DNA from: Octopus sinensis
Lineage: Eukaryota
DNA length: 64,000 nucleotides
Direction of reading: 5' to 3'
Assembly: GCF_006345805.1 (NCBI RefSeq)
Contig: NC_043005.1
Span: 64,914,001-64,978,000, forward strand
The notes below the pieces were generated by a model, which searched no databases, was not told the origin of the DNA, and worked only from the letters and a program-made list of their open reading frames with translations. This document shows positions 14,188 to 25,790 of this stretch, one piece after another (within the stretch, counting starts at the first letter, position 1; each line of letters starts with the position of its first letter). The translations under genes were made by a program, and so were the position numbers.

Positions 14188-14505
14188 CTGCTCATTTATT
14201 AACGTGCAAGTGGCAGAGCACTCCACAGACACGCGTACCCTTAACATAGTTCTCGGGGAGATTCAGCATGACACAGAGTGTGATAAGGCTGGCCCTTTAA
14301 AATACAGGTATAACAGAAACAAGAAGAGTGAGAGAAAGTTGTTGTGAAAGAGTACAGCAGGGTTCGCCACCACCCCCTGCCAGAGCCTCGTGGAGCTTTT
14401 GTGTTTTCGTTCTATAAATACTCACAATTCCCGGTCTAGGAATCGAAACCGCGATTCTATGACCGTGAGTCCGCTGCCCTAACCACTGGCCCATTGCGCC
14501 TCCAC
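14188..14505 (-). mobile_element. tRNA-derived SINE family E, 3' truncated and fused to a family D tail
   Basis: Head GGAGGCGCAATGG.CCAGTGGTTAGGGCAGCGGACTC..GGTTTCGATTCC; colinear with 45745-46129. Confidence 0.85.
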
Positions 14506-15326
14506 ACAGAGTACTCTTATTCATTATGAGATCATTATGAATAACAGCTCTACCAAGTCAAATTAGTTATTTATATATAGCTGTAAATGATGGAGAACAT
14601 GTGACAGTTATCAGCATATGAGGCAGTGTGTATGTTTTGTAGGGTTACCAATGATGTTGACTTGTTCTTCTTTTCGAATTATGGCTGCTGTTGCTTAGTG
14701 AGTAGGATTGACTCAGTGCACAGCCTTTCCTCACTTTAAAAAAAATCTTCTCGCACAGGCATTGCACGATAACAACATTGATTAAGCTTCGTGCAATGAC
14801 CATACTCGATAACGAGGGGGCAACCACCATGTAGCAGGTCGTATAGTATAGATTTAAAAGTATAAGCGAGACGACAAATGCATTTGGGGGAATTGCAAAT
14901 TTTGAACGAGTTATTATATGCTAGCAAGACGTAGTAGCCTGAAAGTTTATTTGATAGTCAAGGTTTTGTTTTGTTTCCAACATCTTGTGCCCGTGGAATT
15001 AGTACAGTATGATTGATTGACTAAGTCTGAAGAAAATATGAATTACCTCTTCAATGTATTCTAATCTCCCCTTATTTGAGCCAACTTATTTTACTTTATA
15101 TCATTTTGTGATCAAGAGTATTATTCGTTATAGATTTCCAAACTGGCCAATCATTGTTTCACCACATTACTGCTGACGAGGCGGACAAGAGAGAGTTTAT
15201 GTATTTGTGGAACTTCGGTGGAATAAATACTATATGTATAGTTTTTTTCACATATGTCTGTTTCTTCCGTTGTTATACATCTATATACACATATAAGCTA
15301 CTTCAAAGTTACTGTCAAATTCGATG

Positions 15327-15747
15327 AGTGGCATCAGTGCTAGTGGAGCACTAAGAGCACCACCCGAGCGTGATCGTTGCCAGAGCAGCTAACTGACGTT
15401 CGTGCCGGTGGCACGTAAAAAGCACCATTCGAGCGTGATCGTTACCAGCGTCGCCTTACTGGCACATGTGCCGGTGTGCAGGTGACACGTAAAAAAAACC
15501 CGTGATTTTCCTTGACCGTTGCCAGTACCGCCTGACTGGCCCTCATGCCGGTGGCACGTAAATGTACTCGCTACACTTTCGGAGTGGTTGGCGTTAGGAA
15601 GGGCATCCAGAGGTAGAAACTCTGCCAAATCAAGATTGGAGCCTGGTGCAGCCATCTGGTTCGCCAGTCCTCAGTCAAATCATCCAACCCATGCTAGCAT
15701 GGAAAGCGGACGTTAAACGATGACAACGATGATGATGATGATGATGA
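15327..15747 (+). mobile_element. RTE-associated non-autonomous retroelement (family F) with repeated TGCCGGTGGCACGTAAA modules and a (GAT)n tail
   Basis: The internal module recurs about three times. The 3' end GGTTGGCGTTAGGAAGGGCATCCAG..TCCAACCCATGCTAGCATGGAAAGCGGACGTTAAACGATG(ATG)n resembles the tail of the RTE fragment at 24541-24590. Confidence 0.65.
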
Positions 15748-15957
15748 CTACACTTGTAATGGATTATTCTTTCATTTAATGTTCAGCTTTAAGCCTATAA
15801 AATTTCAAAACTGAACATTAAATGAGAAAATGATTCATTGCAACTGTAGTCAGATGTTAATAATATACTAGACTTACTATTCAGCATTGCCCGGTAAAGT
15901 ATTCATGGAATTATTTGCCTATTTGTAGAATAGGAATTCATAGTATTTAAGCATGTA

Positions 15958-17177
15958 CAAGGGATGGACAAAATAATGGAAACACCTAGCATCACAGCAT
16001 CATAATTTTGAAATATCTATAAAACCATCAATAGCTTGTTTATTTTTATGTTTTTTGATTTATTATTAGTGTTGCTTAATATGTTTTGCTAAAATTGCTG
16101 TTTCCTTTCAGATATCAGAAAAAGGCAATTACAATTCATTCAAATGAAAGATCTATCGGACTTTCAAAGAGGTTAAATTGTTGGTGCTTATACGGCAGGT
16201 GCTAGCGTAACGAAAACAGCCGAAATGTACTATCTTGAAAGTAATAACAGCCTCTGAGAAAAAGGGAAAAACCTCCTCGTGGAAACAAAACTCCGGAAGA
16301 AAGCCAAAACTTTCAGATAGATTGTCAGAAAGGATCAACAAAAGTACAGCTCCCAAAATTACTGCAGAGCTTAATGTCCACCTTAATTGCCACAAGTGTT
16401 CGCCGGTAGCTGCACAAAGTTGGATTTCACAGGAGGGCTGCAATCAGAAAATCACTACTTTCAAAATCAAACATTGCAAAGCATTTAGAGTGGAGTAAAA
16501 ACCTACAGAATTGGTCTCTAGAGCAGTGGAAGAATGTTATTTTCTCGGACAAGTCATCCTTTACCCTATTTCCGACCACCGGCCAAGTATACGTGTGGAG
16601 AAAGCCAAAAGAAGCATTTGACTAAGGCTGCCTTCTTCCAACATGAAGGAGGATCTATGATAATTTGGGTGGGGGGGGGCTATATCTTGGAAATCTGCCG
16701 GCCCATTGGTTTCCCTTCAGGGCAGAATTAATAGTCAAAATTATTTAAGCATTTTATCTGATCAAATTCATCTTATAGTTGCAGAACTATTTCCGGAGGG
16801 AAACACAATCTTTCAGGATGATAACGCACCAATTCACACAGCTAAAGTTGTTACTGAATGGTACAAGGAACATTCTAGTGAACTTGAACACCTTATCTGG
16901 CCATCACAGTCCCCAGATCTCAATTTTATCGAACATTTATGGTGCATTTTAGAAAAACATGTAAGGAATCGATATCCTCCACCATCACCACTACAAGAAC
17001 TGGAGACTGTTTAAGCTGAAGAATGAGCAAAAATTCCTCTGGAAACAATTCAAACTTTGCACAAGTCCATATCTCATAGAATTCAAGCTGTAATTACTGC
17101 CAAAGGCAATCCTACCTCATTACAAAATAAATTTGTTTGAAATTTTAAGGTGTTTCCATTATTTTCTATAATCCCTG
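15958..17177 (+). mobile_element. Tc1-family DNA transposon, full length (1.22 kb), decayed, DD36E
   Basis: TA|CAAGGGATGGACAAAATAATGGAAACACCT .. AGGTGTTTCCATTATTTTCTATAATCCCTG|TA: ~31-bp TIRs with TA TSD, enclosing a transposase pseudogene. Confidence 0.9.
16144..17123 (+). pseudogene. Tc1 transposase pseudogene (DD36E)
   Basis: MKDLSDFQRG*IVGAYTAGASVTKTAE.. and [44 protein letters not shown]. There are 36 residues between the Asp at 16820-22 and the Glu at 16931-33. Stops and frameshifts are present. Confidence 0.9.
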
Positions 17178-17269
17178 TATATATATTTGACCTAACTTCT
17201 GAACTTATTTAATTGGAACTATCCAAACAATAGTAGTCAATTTATGAGTAGAAGCCCTTTTTTTAAACA

Positions 17270-17656
17270 AATTTCCTGAAAAATCACCTTTTACTTTTGT
17301 TTTAAAGTGAAAGAGAGGAGAAGGTGAAAGATGTATAAACGTGTATATGAAATGGACGTGGGTGTGTGTACGTGAGAGAGAGAGAGAGAGAGAGAGAGTG
17401 CTACTTATAGATGTGAACTCACACGTTCCCTAACTTTCTCTCTCTCTCACACACACATGCACACATACATGCAAAAAAGATGTACACATAATTATTGATG
17501 TATGTACGTATACATGGCAACACACCCTTCACTCACTCTCCCTCTTCCTCTATCTCTCTCTCTCTCTTTCACATACACGCTTACATACAACTTTCACTTT
17601 CTCCTCTCTTTGACTTTAAAACAAAAGTAAATAGATAAAAAATTTTTACGGAAATT
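17270..17656. mobile_element. Foldback MITE with a microsatellite core
   Basis: TTACTTTTGTTTTAAAGT..GAGAGGAGAAGGTGAAAG (17291-17330) mirrors CTTTCACTTTCTCCTCTC..ACTTTAAAACAAAAGTAA (17591-17630). The outer arm motif TTTTACGGAAAT is shared with 23032-23880. Confidence 0.7.
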
Positions 17657-18329
17657 ATCGAACTCCGGATGATGAAATCACATTCAGTTAAAAATATTTC
17701 TAAATGATTAAAATATTGTGTACGTCAAAAAGGCGACGTTTTTTATTCTTTTCTTAGAGAGCGTGAGGGCTATGTGTGTGTATATGTCATAGATAGCGGA
17801 CGCGTGTTTGTGTTGATTGACATGCTATGACAGTCATTATATGTGTGTGTATTCTGTATGTGTGTATGTGTGTTGACGTCACGGAAGTCAAGTTTAATTT
17901 TGCATGAAGAAATAAACAAACAAAAGTTGTGTTTAATCATTTAAATAGAGGTTCAAATGTCACAAAAATTTGTATTGTCCTGCCGAAGGTAAGTATGAAA
18001 ATAAATATGCAAAAACAATTAAGATAAAATATACTATTTCTGAGATATTTCGGTTACACACAAACATCCCTTGAGTTTTAGTATTATCGAGATAATATAT
18101 ATATACACGCGAGCTCGAGTGTGTGTGTACGTATGTAAAAATGTGCGTATGTTTGTAGACTTTATGGCCAGAATTTGATCGTTAAAACGCTTGAGAAACG
18201 AGATAAATATGACGTCAGTGACGTGTTTAACTTGTCTATGACGTGTTTATCTCTGTCTGTGTGTTAATCGTTTCCTTGTGTTTTGATAATGAGTACTGCT
18301 TCCAAATTGAAATTTTCTCGTATATCTGA

Positions 18330-20450
18330 AGGAAATTCTATAAAATATTGATGCATAATCTGGTAATATTTTCGTACCTAGCTTTGTTTTATGGCGTGTT
18401 TCAGTGATTGCTCCTTATTGTAAATGTATAGTGAGTTACATCTCTGGACAATATAACAATTATAACAATTAGAACTTTCACTTCTATAGACAAATTTATG
18501 AATTGCATTGGTAATTTGTAGCTTCTCGGGTTAACATGTTTTTGGTGAGTTGCTAATAAGGAGGTTATATTTTATCTTATCGTTTTAGCAATAAATTTAT
18601 TATTATTGTCAGTTTATTGCTTGGTATGAAGATTTATCTTTCTTCATTTTTATACTTCGCATGAATTTGAGTTATATAGTATCCTACGTATAAGATATTT
18701 AATTCAAATGTGTGTAATAAGTGTATTTTTTGTCTGATGCATTTGTTGCATGTGAATATCTGTTAATTTTAATTAGTGTCTGTTTATTCTGTGGATTCCT
18801 TTATCCAGAATTTCATTTGAAAAAGAAAATGCTCGCCTATTTAACTCGTGACATTTTGTTGTTATGCGAACTTACTCTATCTCTGCGTAGGTATATGGAT
18901 CCATTTATGTCTTTCTTTATACTGACGTAATGTTTCTATTGCTTTCAATTCGAATGCTTATGACTAGAAATGGAAACGTATTAGTAGTATTGATTAGGAC
19001 ATTAACTTTTATGTGAGGTCTCCTCTAGACCCTCCTTAAATTTCTCGACGTTTTCTAATTACAACTAGTATATCGTCAACTATCTAGTATATATCATAAG
19101 TTTGCGATTATTTGGTTTTCGACAGAATGTGATGAATGTGGGTCCTAGGAGAATCTATAGTTATTCTAACTTCGTGTCTACATATCTTGCCTTTTGGGCA
19201 GCAAAATGTGGATCTTTACCTTTTGTTAAAGTTGTCGTATTTCGGTAATTTCAACCAATCAATGACGTGTATTCAGCTGAATAAAATTACTGCTGTTGTT
19301 TGTCAACAACTTCTGGCGGTGTATATTTAGTTTGTCACTGTTATTTATGACATATTTCATCTCAGTTACGTTTTATATGAATAAACAAGTGTATCTGAAG
19401 CATGTTTACTTCATGGCACCACCATAATAGTTCGTGTTTCATTTTTCATTTTTTCCGTAACTCTAATCCTAAAACCCCTACCCTAACCCTAAAACCTTAA
19501 CCCTAACCCTAATACTCTAACCATATCCTTAACCCTAACCCTAAAACCCTAACCTTAAAACTAAAACCAGTACAAACGCACGAACGATGTCATAAATAAC
19601 AGCGACAAACGAAATATACACCTCCAAGAGTAAAAGATGTTTATGTGACACATTCTACAAGTATACGAAGTTTGAAAGTGTTTAGTTACAAAAGAATTAT
19701 TTTTTAAATCTATCGGTCAAAAGGTACAGATCTCAAAATGGTATTTTGTTTGTGCAGGTAGTCTTTTTTTGTTTATACTAATTATTTTTCTCCGGTTATG
19801 ATACGAGTCTTTATTTTTGGGTGTTTGTATACATAATATTATACAATTTCTATTGTTTCTGCTTTTGGAGCATAAGGTGAAAGATGTTTTACATCTAGGG
19901 TACAGGTGGCGCCTATTTCGTTTGTTTCTTCTAAAATATCTGGAAATTATAGAAATTATACTGATGACCTGATACTGTAATTCTCTGGTGTTTATTTCTT
20001 TGTCATGTTATCTATTGGTTTAGCGATTTTGTTTGTGAGTGTATCTATTTGGAATATTATGGTTCGAGGTTTTTTTTTCTGTACAAAGATGAATTCCCAT
20101 TAGATGTGTAGAAAGAAAGAACATCCAATTTGTGCGCTTATCGCTGTAATCATTTAAATTTGATTGGTTGGTGTTGTGCTTTTGGATCTTAGTAAATTTA
20201 TTTTTGTTTTGAAGTAAATTATTGATTTTTGCAATAACAAACATATTGCATTTGTCACTCTTGCGTTTCTTTAAGTTTTCATTGTTTCAAATCGTGTTCA
20301 ACTTGCTTCATTCACTTGTTGAGGGTTTGATTAGGTTACTTTTTTTTTGTGGGTATCGATTTGGTTATCCCTTTGTGGGTAAGCCTTGGAGCTCATTCCC
20401 CCCATTTTCTTTGAGGTGACTTGATCTGTTGTAAGTGTATGTTGTGATAA
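18330..20450 (-). mobile_element. Highly decayed Penelope-like element remnant (RT thumb near 20050-20180, GIY-YIG-like near 18380-18520), interrupted by a MITE-like piece
   Basis: Minus-strand fragments PIKFK..LDVLSF..NGNSSLYRKKT and SNCYNCYIVQRCNSLYIY resemble Penelope-like RT and endonuclease motifs. Many stops; the similarity is weak. Confidence 0.3.
19475..19568. repeat. Degenerate (CCCTAA)n telomere-like array; similar at 25925-25988 and, inverted, at 39171-39261
   Basis: Repeated AACCCT/TAACCC units read directly. Confidence 0.8.
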
Positions 20451-21254
20451 GTTAATAGGTTCATCTTTTGTATAGGTTACTTAGTTTATTTATCTCACTG
20501 TGTCTAATGCATGTTGAGAGCAATACCGGGAAGATTATCTAGAATTACGTATTAATTAATTGATGTGTTTGTCACAGATTTAACTATTCCTTTCTGCAAT
20601 TTTATCATTTCGACATCTGTATCCCTCATTCTTCAAAAAATACCCCAGATTCTCAGGTGTCATCTGTATACCTCAATTCTTTCCCTTCCATCGTTTTAGA
20701 AAGGTAACTGAATGATTAATTTCTTACAACCATCGTCAATAAATCGGCTACTGACACTTTCATAAAAGCACTAAATTGCTGGGTTCGATGGAAGATGTAT
20801 TTCGCTGATTGTCTCTATCATCCTGCGACCACTAGATACTCTTTAAGAAGGCATCAATTCTTTACCAGACCAGCATTCGCCGTGTCAAGAAACAAAAGTC
20901 AAGAGTAAAGCTAAGGTTGTGATTCCTTCACACATAAAGAGCTTTTACTGATCAAATTCACTTGCTACACCGTTAGAATTTCGCGGGCGGCCCAATCTTG
21001 GAAATGTGAAATTCTCGAAAAATCTTCCATTCATGTTGCTTTTTAAAATTTCTTGTTTAGAGAATGTTGTAAATAATTTCCTTTTAGATATAAGATAATG
21101 TAAAACTATTAAGGATTTTACTCTATTACGTGTTTCACTTAAAAATTGTTTCACCTTTACTTTATTTCTTTTTTTCTTTCTTGAATATGTGAAGGCATAA
21201 AACAACGGGTATGTACTAGTGTAGATAGTTATCTATCTACACACACACACACAC

Positions 21255-21366
<112 letters not shown>

Positions 21367-22637
21367 AAATAATAAGGGTATAAATTGATATTAATCAAAA
21401 CCAGTGGCTTAGCATATTTTAAAACAATCCGAAGATTAAAAATTGTGTTGCATACAAAATTTAGAGGAATGACCACTAAAGTGGTCATTGCCCTAAATTT
21501 TATATTTATATATACATCCCATCTGCAATGACGTCTATCACATTGTTCCTCTCCTATATTTCTCATTGTTCTTGTTCAATTTCTTTTCTGTCAATTATTT
21601 ATGTTATTGCTTCGATTCAGTCAACGTAATAGCTTTCGCTCTTTTATCATCTCCTCGCTTATATTACTACGACTCTCATCAGTCACTCTCCTGCTCTGGC
21701 ATCCGCCAGTTTTGGAGAGAGAACAAATAAACGAACGGATTGAATCAATCTTGAGATTGTGTCACATTAGAATGCTTCCAATATCCTCTGCAAAAATGGT
21801 TGACGAAACAGGAAAGGCATCGAGCCGTACAAACCATCTCCAAAAGGTAACACTTAAGCGGCATGTGGTCGCGGATTCGTTCCAGAAGGCAGAAACTCCA
21901 GTTATTGTTTCGTTCGTATTCTTAATGACTCGTCAAATATATTGCAGCAAGTAACAGCGAACTGGTGATGACAATGAAAATGATGATGATCACGATGATC
22001 ATGATGATGATGATGATAATGACGACGACGACGACGAAAGCAGTGGTGGCGGCGGAAGACTGGCCGTGGTGATGGTGTTGATATGTATGTTGAATTTCAG
22101 TTTTTGCTAAATAGTTTAAGTAATTAATTACCCTCTAGGAATTTCAACATATTTATATTAGGCATTTGAGCATTATTTTATAATTAAGATTGGTTCTTAA
22201 GTTTTATAAGTGGCTTTAGTATTTAGAACATTTTTCTGCCTGAGAGAAAATTTGATTTGGCTTTATGCTAACCGTTTTAATACATGATTTTGTCGTATAC
22301 ACGAACTTATTCTAATCAGTTTTACAACTGCACAAACCTGTTCAGTCTAAGATTTGCTTCCTTATAATTTATTTACTTGTAACAGAAATACATTAGCAAT
22401 TATTAATTCCAGTAGTTTTTGTTATTGTATTTGTAGCACTTCAGAGGAAAGAAAACCAAAACCAGACTGTGTTAGATATGAATACCACAATATGAAGCTC
22501 TAAACGTAATACTACGAAACTTATCAGAAACCTCCTAACGTTTATATTAACTTCAATAGCCTTTCTAGACTTCAATATTTGAAGTAATAAGTCATGGTTA
22601 GGAGACAGGTGATTACACATAGTACATATATTAAATA

Positions 22638-23030
22638 CTAGCAGTATCGCCCGGCGTTGCTCGGGTTTGTAAGGGAAATACTATATAAGCATTTTTAGAG
22701 ATGTAAAGTATAATAGCCATCTCAATATGGCTAACCACAAAGGGGGGTGTTACTGTAGCTTTTTACGTTCTGAGATTTAATAATAAATTTTTAGGGAGTT
22801 ACTTCCCTTACATAAGCCAAAATGCATTAAAAATGGGAAAAATTGATGGTAATTTTTTCCTAAAATCGTAAACTCATCGTAGACGCGCGCTAATACCCAG
22901 AAGGGCTCGATATGAATCACGACTATAAGATACCCGGTTTTGGTTAAACTGCACCGCAAAATGTGGGAGTAGTTAGGAATCTAAATCGTAGGAGACAGAC
23001 AGCACACAACCTCACTTTTATATATAAAGA
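22638..23030 (-). mobile_element. Non-autonomous Helitron
   Basis: A|CTAGCAGTATCGCCCGGCGTTGCTCGGG .. TTTTATATATAAAGA|T, i.e. A|TC..CTAG|T on the minus strand. Confidence 0.9.
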
Positions 23031-23031
23031 T

Positions 23032-23417
23032 TAATATTTCGGCTATCTTACGGTACGAGTAACACAACTGTCATTTATAAACCGCGTGTGTTTATTTTAC
23101 TTTTTTGAATAACATCGACGGTTTCTATGGGGTTGGAGGGAAAGGGAATCTTGGGGATCTTTTGAAGTCGGCGTAAAAGCGAAAGAGACAGAGAGAGCGC
23201 GATTTGATCAGGGAAATACTTTTGAAGTTGGCATGTGTGTGTGTGTGTCACTGAAGCCGTTCATACCTACAAACATACGTACATAGTTACAACCTGCGTG
23301 CGTGTGTGTGTGTGTATCACTGAAGCCATTCATATATTCATAACCTCTCTCTCGCTTTTTTATCTGTCAATCACTCACAAATTCACTCACTACAAAAAGT
23401 GAATTAAAAAATTTCAA

Positions 23418-23481
<64 letters not shown>

Positions 23482-23880
23482 TATACACACAGAAGCAACA
23501 TTACTCTCTCTGTCTCTTCACACACACTAACAAAAGCACTTCACATACACACCACAATTTCTGTCTCGCAACTCCAACACACACACATACTCCCCCCCTC
23601 TCTCTCTCTCACACACACACACTCACACACGTACGCACGCACATCAATTCTCCCGATTCACACCAACTTCAGGAGAATTTCCCTCATACAATCGCGCTCT
23701 CTCTCTGTTTCTTTCGCTTTCACACCGACTTCAAAATATCCCATTTCCCCCCAACTCCATATGTCAAAATTTTTTTTTTAATTTTACGGAAATCGACGAT
23801 CATCTTCACAAATGTAAATAAACACACGTAGTTTGTAACAAGTAGTCGTGTGTCCTCGTAACGAAAGATGGCCAATATTT
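23032..23880. mobile_element. Foldback element with ~190-bp imperfect arms around a microsatellite core
   Basis: 23127-23232 (GGGGTTGGAGGG..TTTGAAGTCGGCGT..GAGAGCGCGATT..GAAGTTGG) mirrors 23661-23760. The outer arms AATATT..GGC.ATCTT.CG.TACGAG also mirror 23829-23880. Confidence 0.75.
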
Positions 23881-23894
23881 CTTGTTTAATGGGT

Positions 23895-24310
23895 AGTAAG
23901 CTGGCAGAATAGTAAGCACGCTGGGTAAAATGCTTAACGGTATTTAGTCCGTCGATGTGTTCTGTGTTAAAAATTCCACCGAGGTTGACTTTGCCTTTTC
24001 GAGGTCAATAAAAGAAGTACTTTAACATCTTCCCTAAAATATTTCTTCTTTCGACTACTGAATAAACATTATTATTATTATTCGAGCTGGCAGAAACGTT
24101 AGCACGCCGGGCGAAATGCGTAACCGTATTTCGTCTGTCGTTATGTTCCGAGTTCAAATTCCGCCGAGGTCAACTTTGCCTTTCATCCTTTCGGGGTCGA
24201 TAAATTAAGTACCAGTTACATACTGGGGTCGATGTAATCGACTTAATCCCTTTGTCTGTCCTTGTTTGTCCCCTCTGTATTTAGCCCCTTGTGGGTAGTA
24301 AAAAAAGAAA
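23895..24310 (+). mobile_element. Two SINE family A copies (23895-24020 diverged, 24083-24310 near-consensus)
   Basis: GAGCTGGCAGAAACGTTAGCACGCCGGGCGAAATG..GAGTTCAAATTCCGCCGAGG..GGGGTCGATAAATTAAGTACCAG..GTGGGTAGTAAA. Confidence 0.85.
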
Positions 24311-24540
24311 AATTATTATTGTTATTATTATTATTATCATTATATATCAATAATGACATGATTCTGTTTTTGTGTTTAGACTATGGTTTCTGTAAATACA
24401 TTTAGATTTGTGTTGATGTTTATTTCAAAATCACTCACACGAAGAATGCGGAAATTACCATGAAATTTGTTGGCCCTGGTGAGATTAATTCAGTTCTTAT
24501 TCAGCTTCAACATTTGTAGCTTGATGCATTTAGAAGAATT

Positions 24541-25230
24541 GTGAGCATCGTTTTACATCTAGCTTTTCACGTTTGCATGGGAGGAAAGGATCTTCTTCGG
24601 CACAGGCTCCTATCATTTGTTGAAGACCTTTATGATCTCTTTCGTGGAGTCCAGCCTCCGGAAATCAGCTTTCATCATTCCTTGCCATAAATTTGTTCTT
24701 TGGTCTTCCTCGATCACATGTTCACTTGACACTTCTTCACCAAACTGTTTTCCTCTGCTCTACGTCCATACCAGCCCAGTTATCTCCCTTACATAATACA
24801 TATGACTCTTATACTCAGTTGTTTACTCAAACCAGTTATGCTCTATCATTCATACAAATTAATATTACATATCCAACGGAAGATGCTCACATCTTTTTCC
24901 ACCCTTTACACAGTCTCAGCATGCAATGTCCTCTTCATACTCGAGCATTAAAAAATCTACATAATTCCTTCGCTCCCAGCAAAGATCATGCTTCCTCTAA
25001 CTTCTACCCTGTTCTAGCTTCAGCTATTATGCTGTTGGGACTGCGAATTAGGACACATAGATGAGAGCTATCATCTACTTCTAGGGGGTCCTCAGATCAT
25101 TTGAAGGAACATATTTCATGGTTATTCTCACTGCTTATTATCTTTGTGCATGTGCTTACATACGATGACGTCCTTCTCTGTCAGCTATTAAAATCAACAA
25201 TTATCTGTCGAAATATTCATTAATGATAGG
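24541..25230 (-). pseudogene. RTE-clade LINE, 3' part of RT plus tail
   Basis: Degenerate minus-strand translation includes LEVDD.., RW.CNI, GWYG, LVKKC and CDRGRPK, which are typical RTE C-terminal motifs. The tail CCCATGCAAACGTGAAAAG..GTAAAACGATG is like family F. Confidence 0.65.
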
Positions 25231-25339
25231 AAAGCAGATGTAATATTACGGATAGTTACTGAGATACTTGTCCGTTGAATAATGAATCGGGTAATACAGG
25301 AAGAGACCAGTTTCCAGGGACTGGCGTAGCAGCCTTGTC

Positions 25340-25790
25340 ATCATTGACTATAATGGTTTAAGAAATTCTCCCAAAAGAGGTATTTATAAAGGCATCGCAC
25401 TAATTAACGAAGCGACGAAAGCGATAGAAAAAAATTATTGTACAACTAATAAGGCAGAAAATTAGGTTTATTGAGATGCCGTTCTGGTTTGTAACAAGAC
25501 GGGGCGCCACTGCCATTTTCTTCTTGGTGAGACATCTGCAGGAGTTCTTATCAAAGAGCTAGCCACTACATTGATAACTTTTTGAAGAATGTCTCGGTAT
25601 TTCGGTTGTTATAAAGAAAGTTAGGTGTAGAAATTAAAGCCATGCAAGCCAAGATATACGGTCAAGCATTGTGGAAGTTGGTAAGGGTTCGGTTCTCATC
25701 GTCCTTTATAATTTTCTACGATATAACTACTGAGTTGAAAGCCAGTTGTTTATGAAAGTTTCTGAAAGCTGATAACCTTGTTTTTATAGC
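25340..25790 (+). pseudogene. RTE-clade LINE RT middle segment, inverted relative to 24541-25230
   Basis: GIYKGIALINEATKAIEK..IRQKIRFIEMPFWFV..RGATAIFFLVRHLQE..FIIFYDITTELKASCL*KFLKADN matches the RTE RT up to the YADD motif. Confidence 0.65.

Noticed and set aside
15370-15560. Repeated ~20-bp modules with spacers, superficially CRISPR-like
   Set aside because: The modules are irregular, the spacers resemble each other, the context is a eukaryotic retroelement and there are no cas genes.
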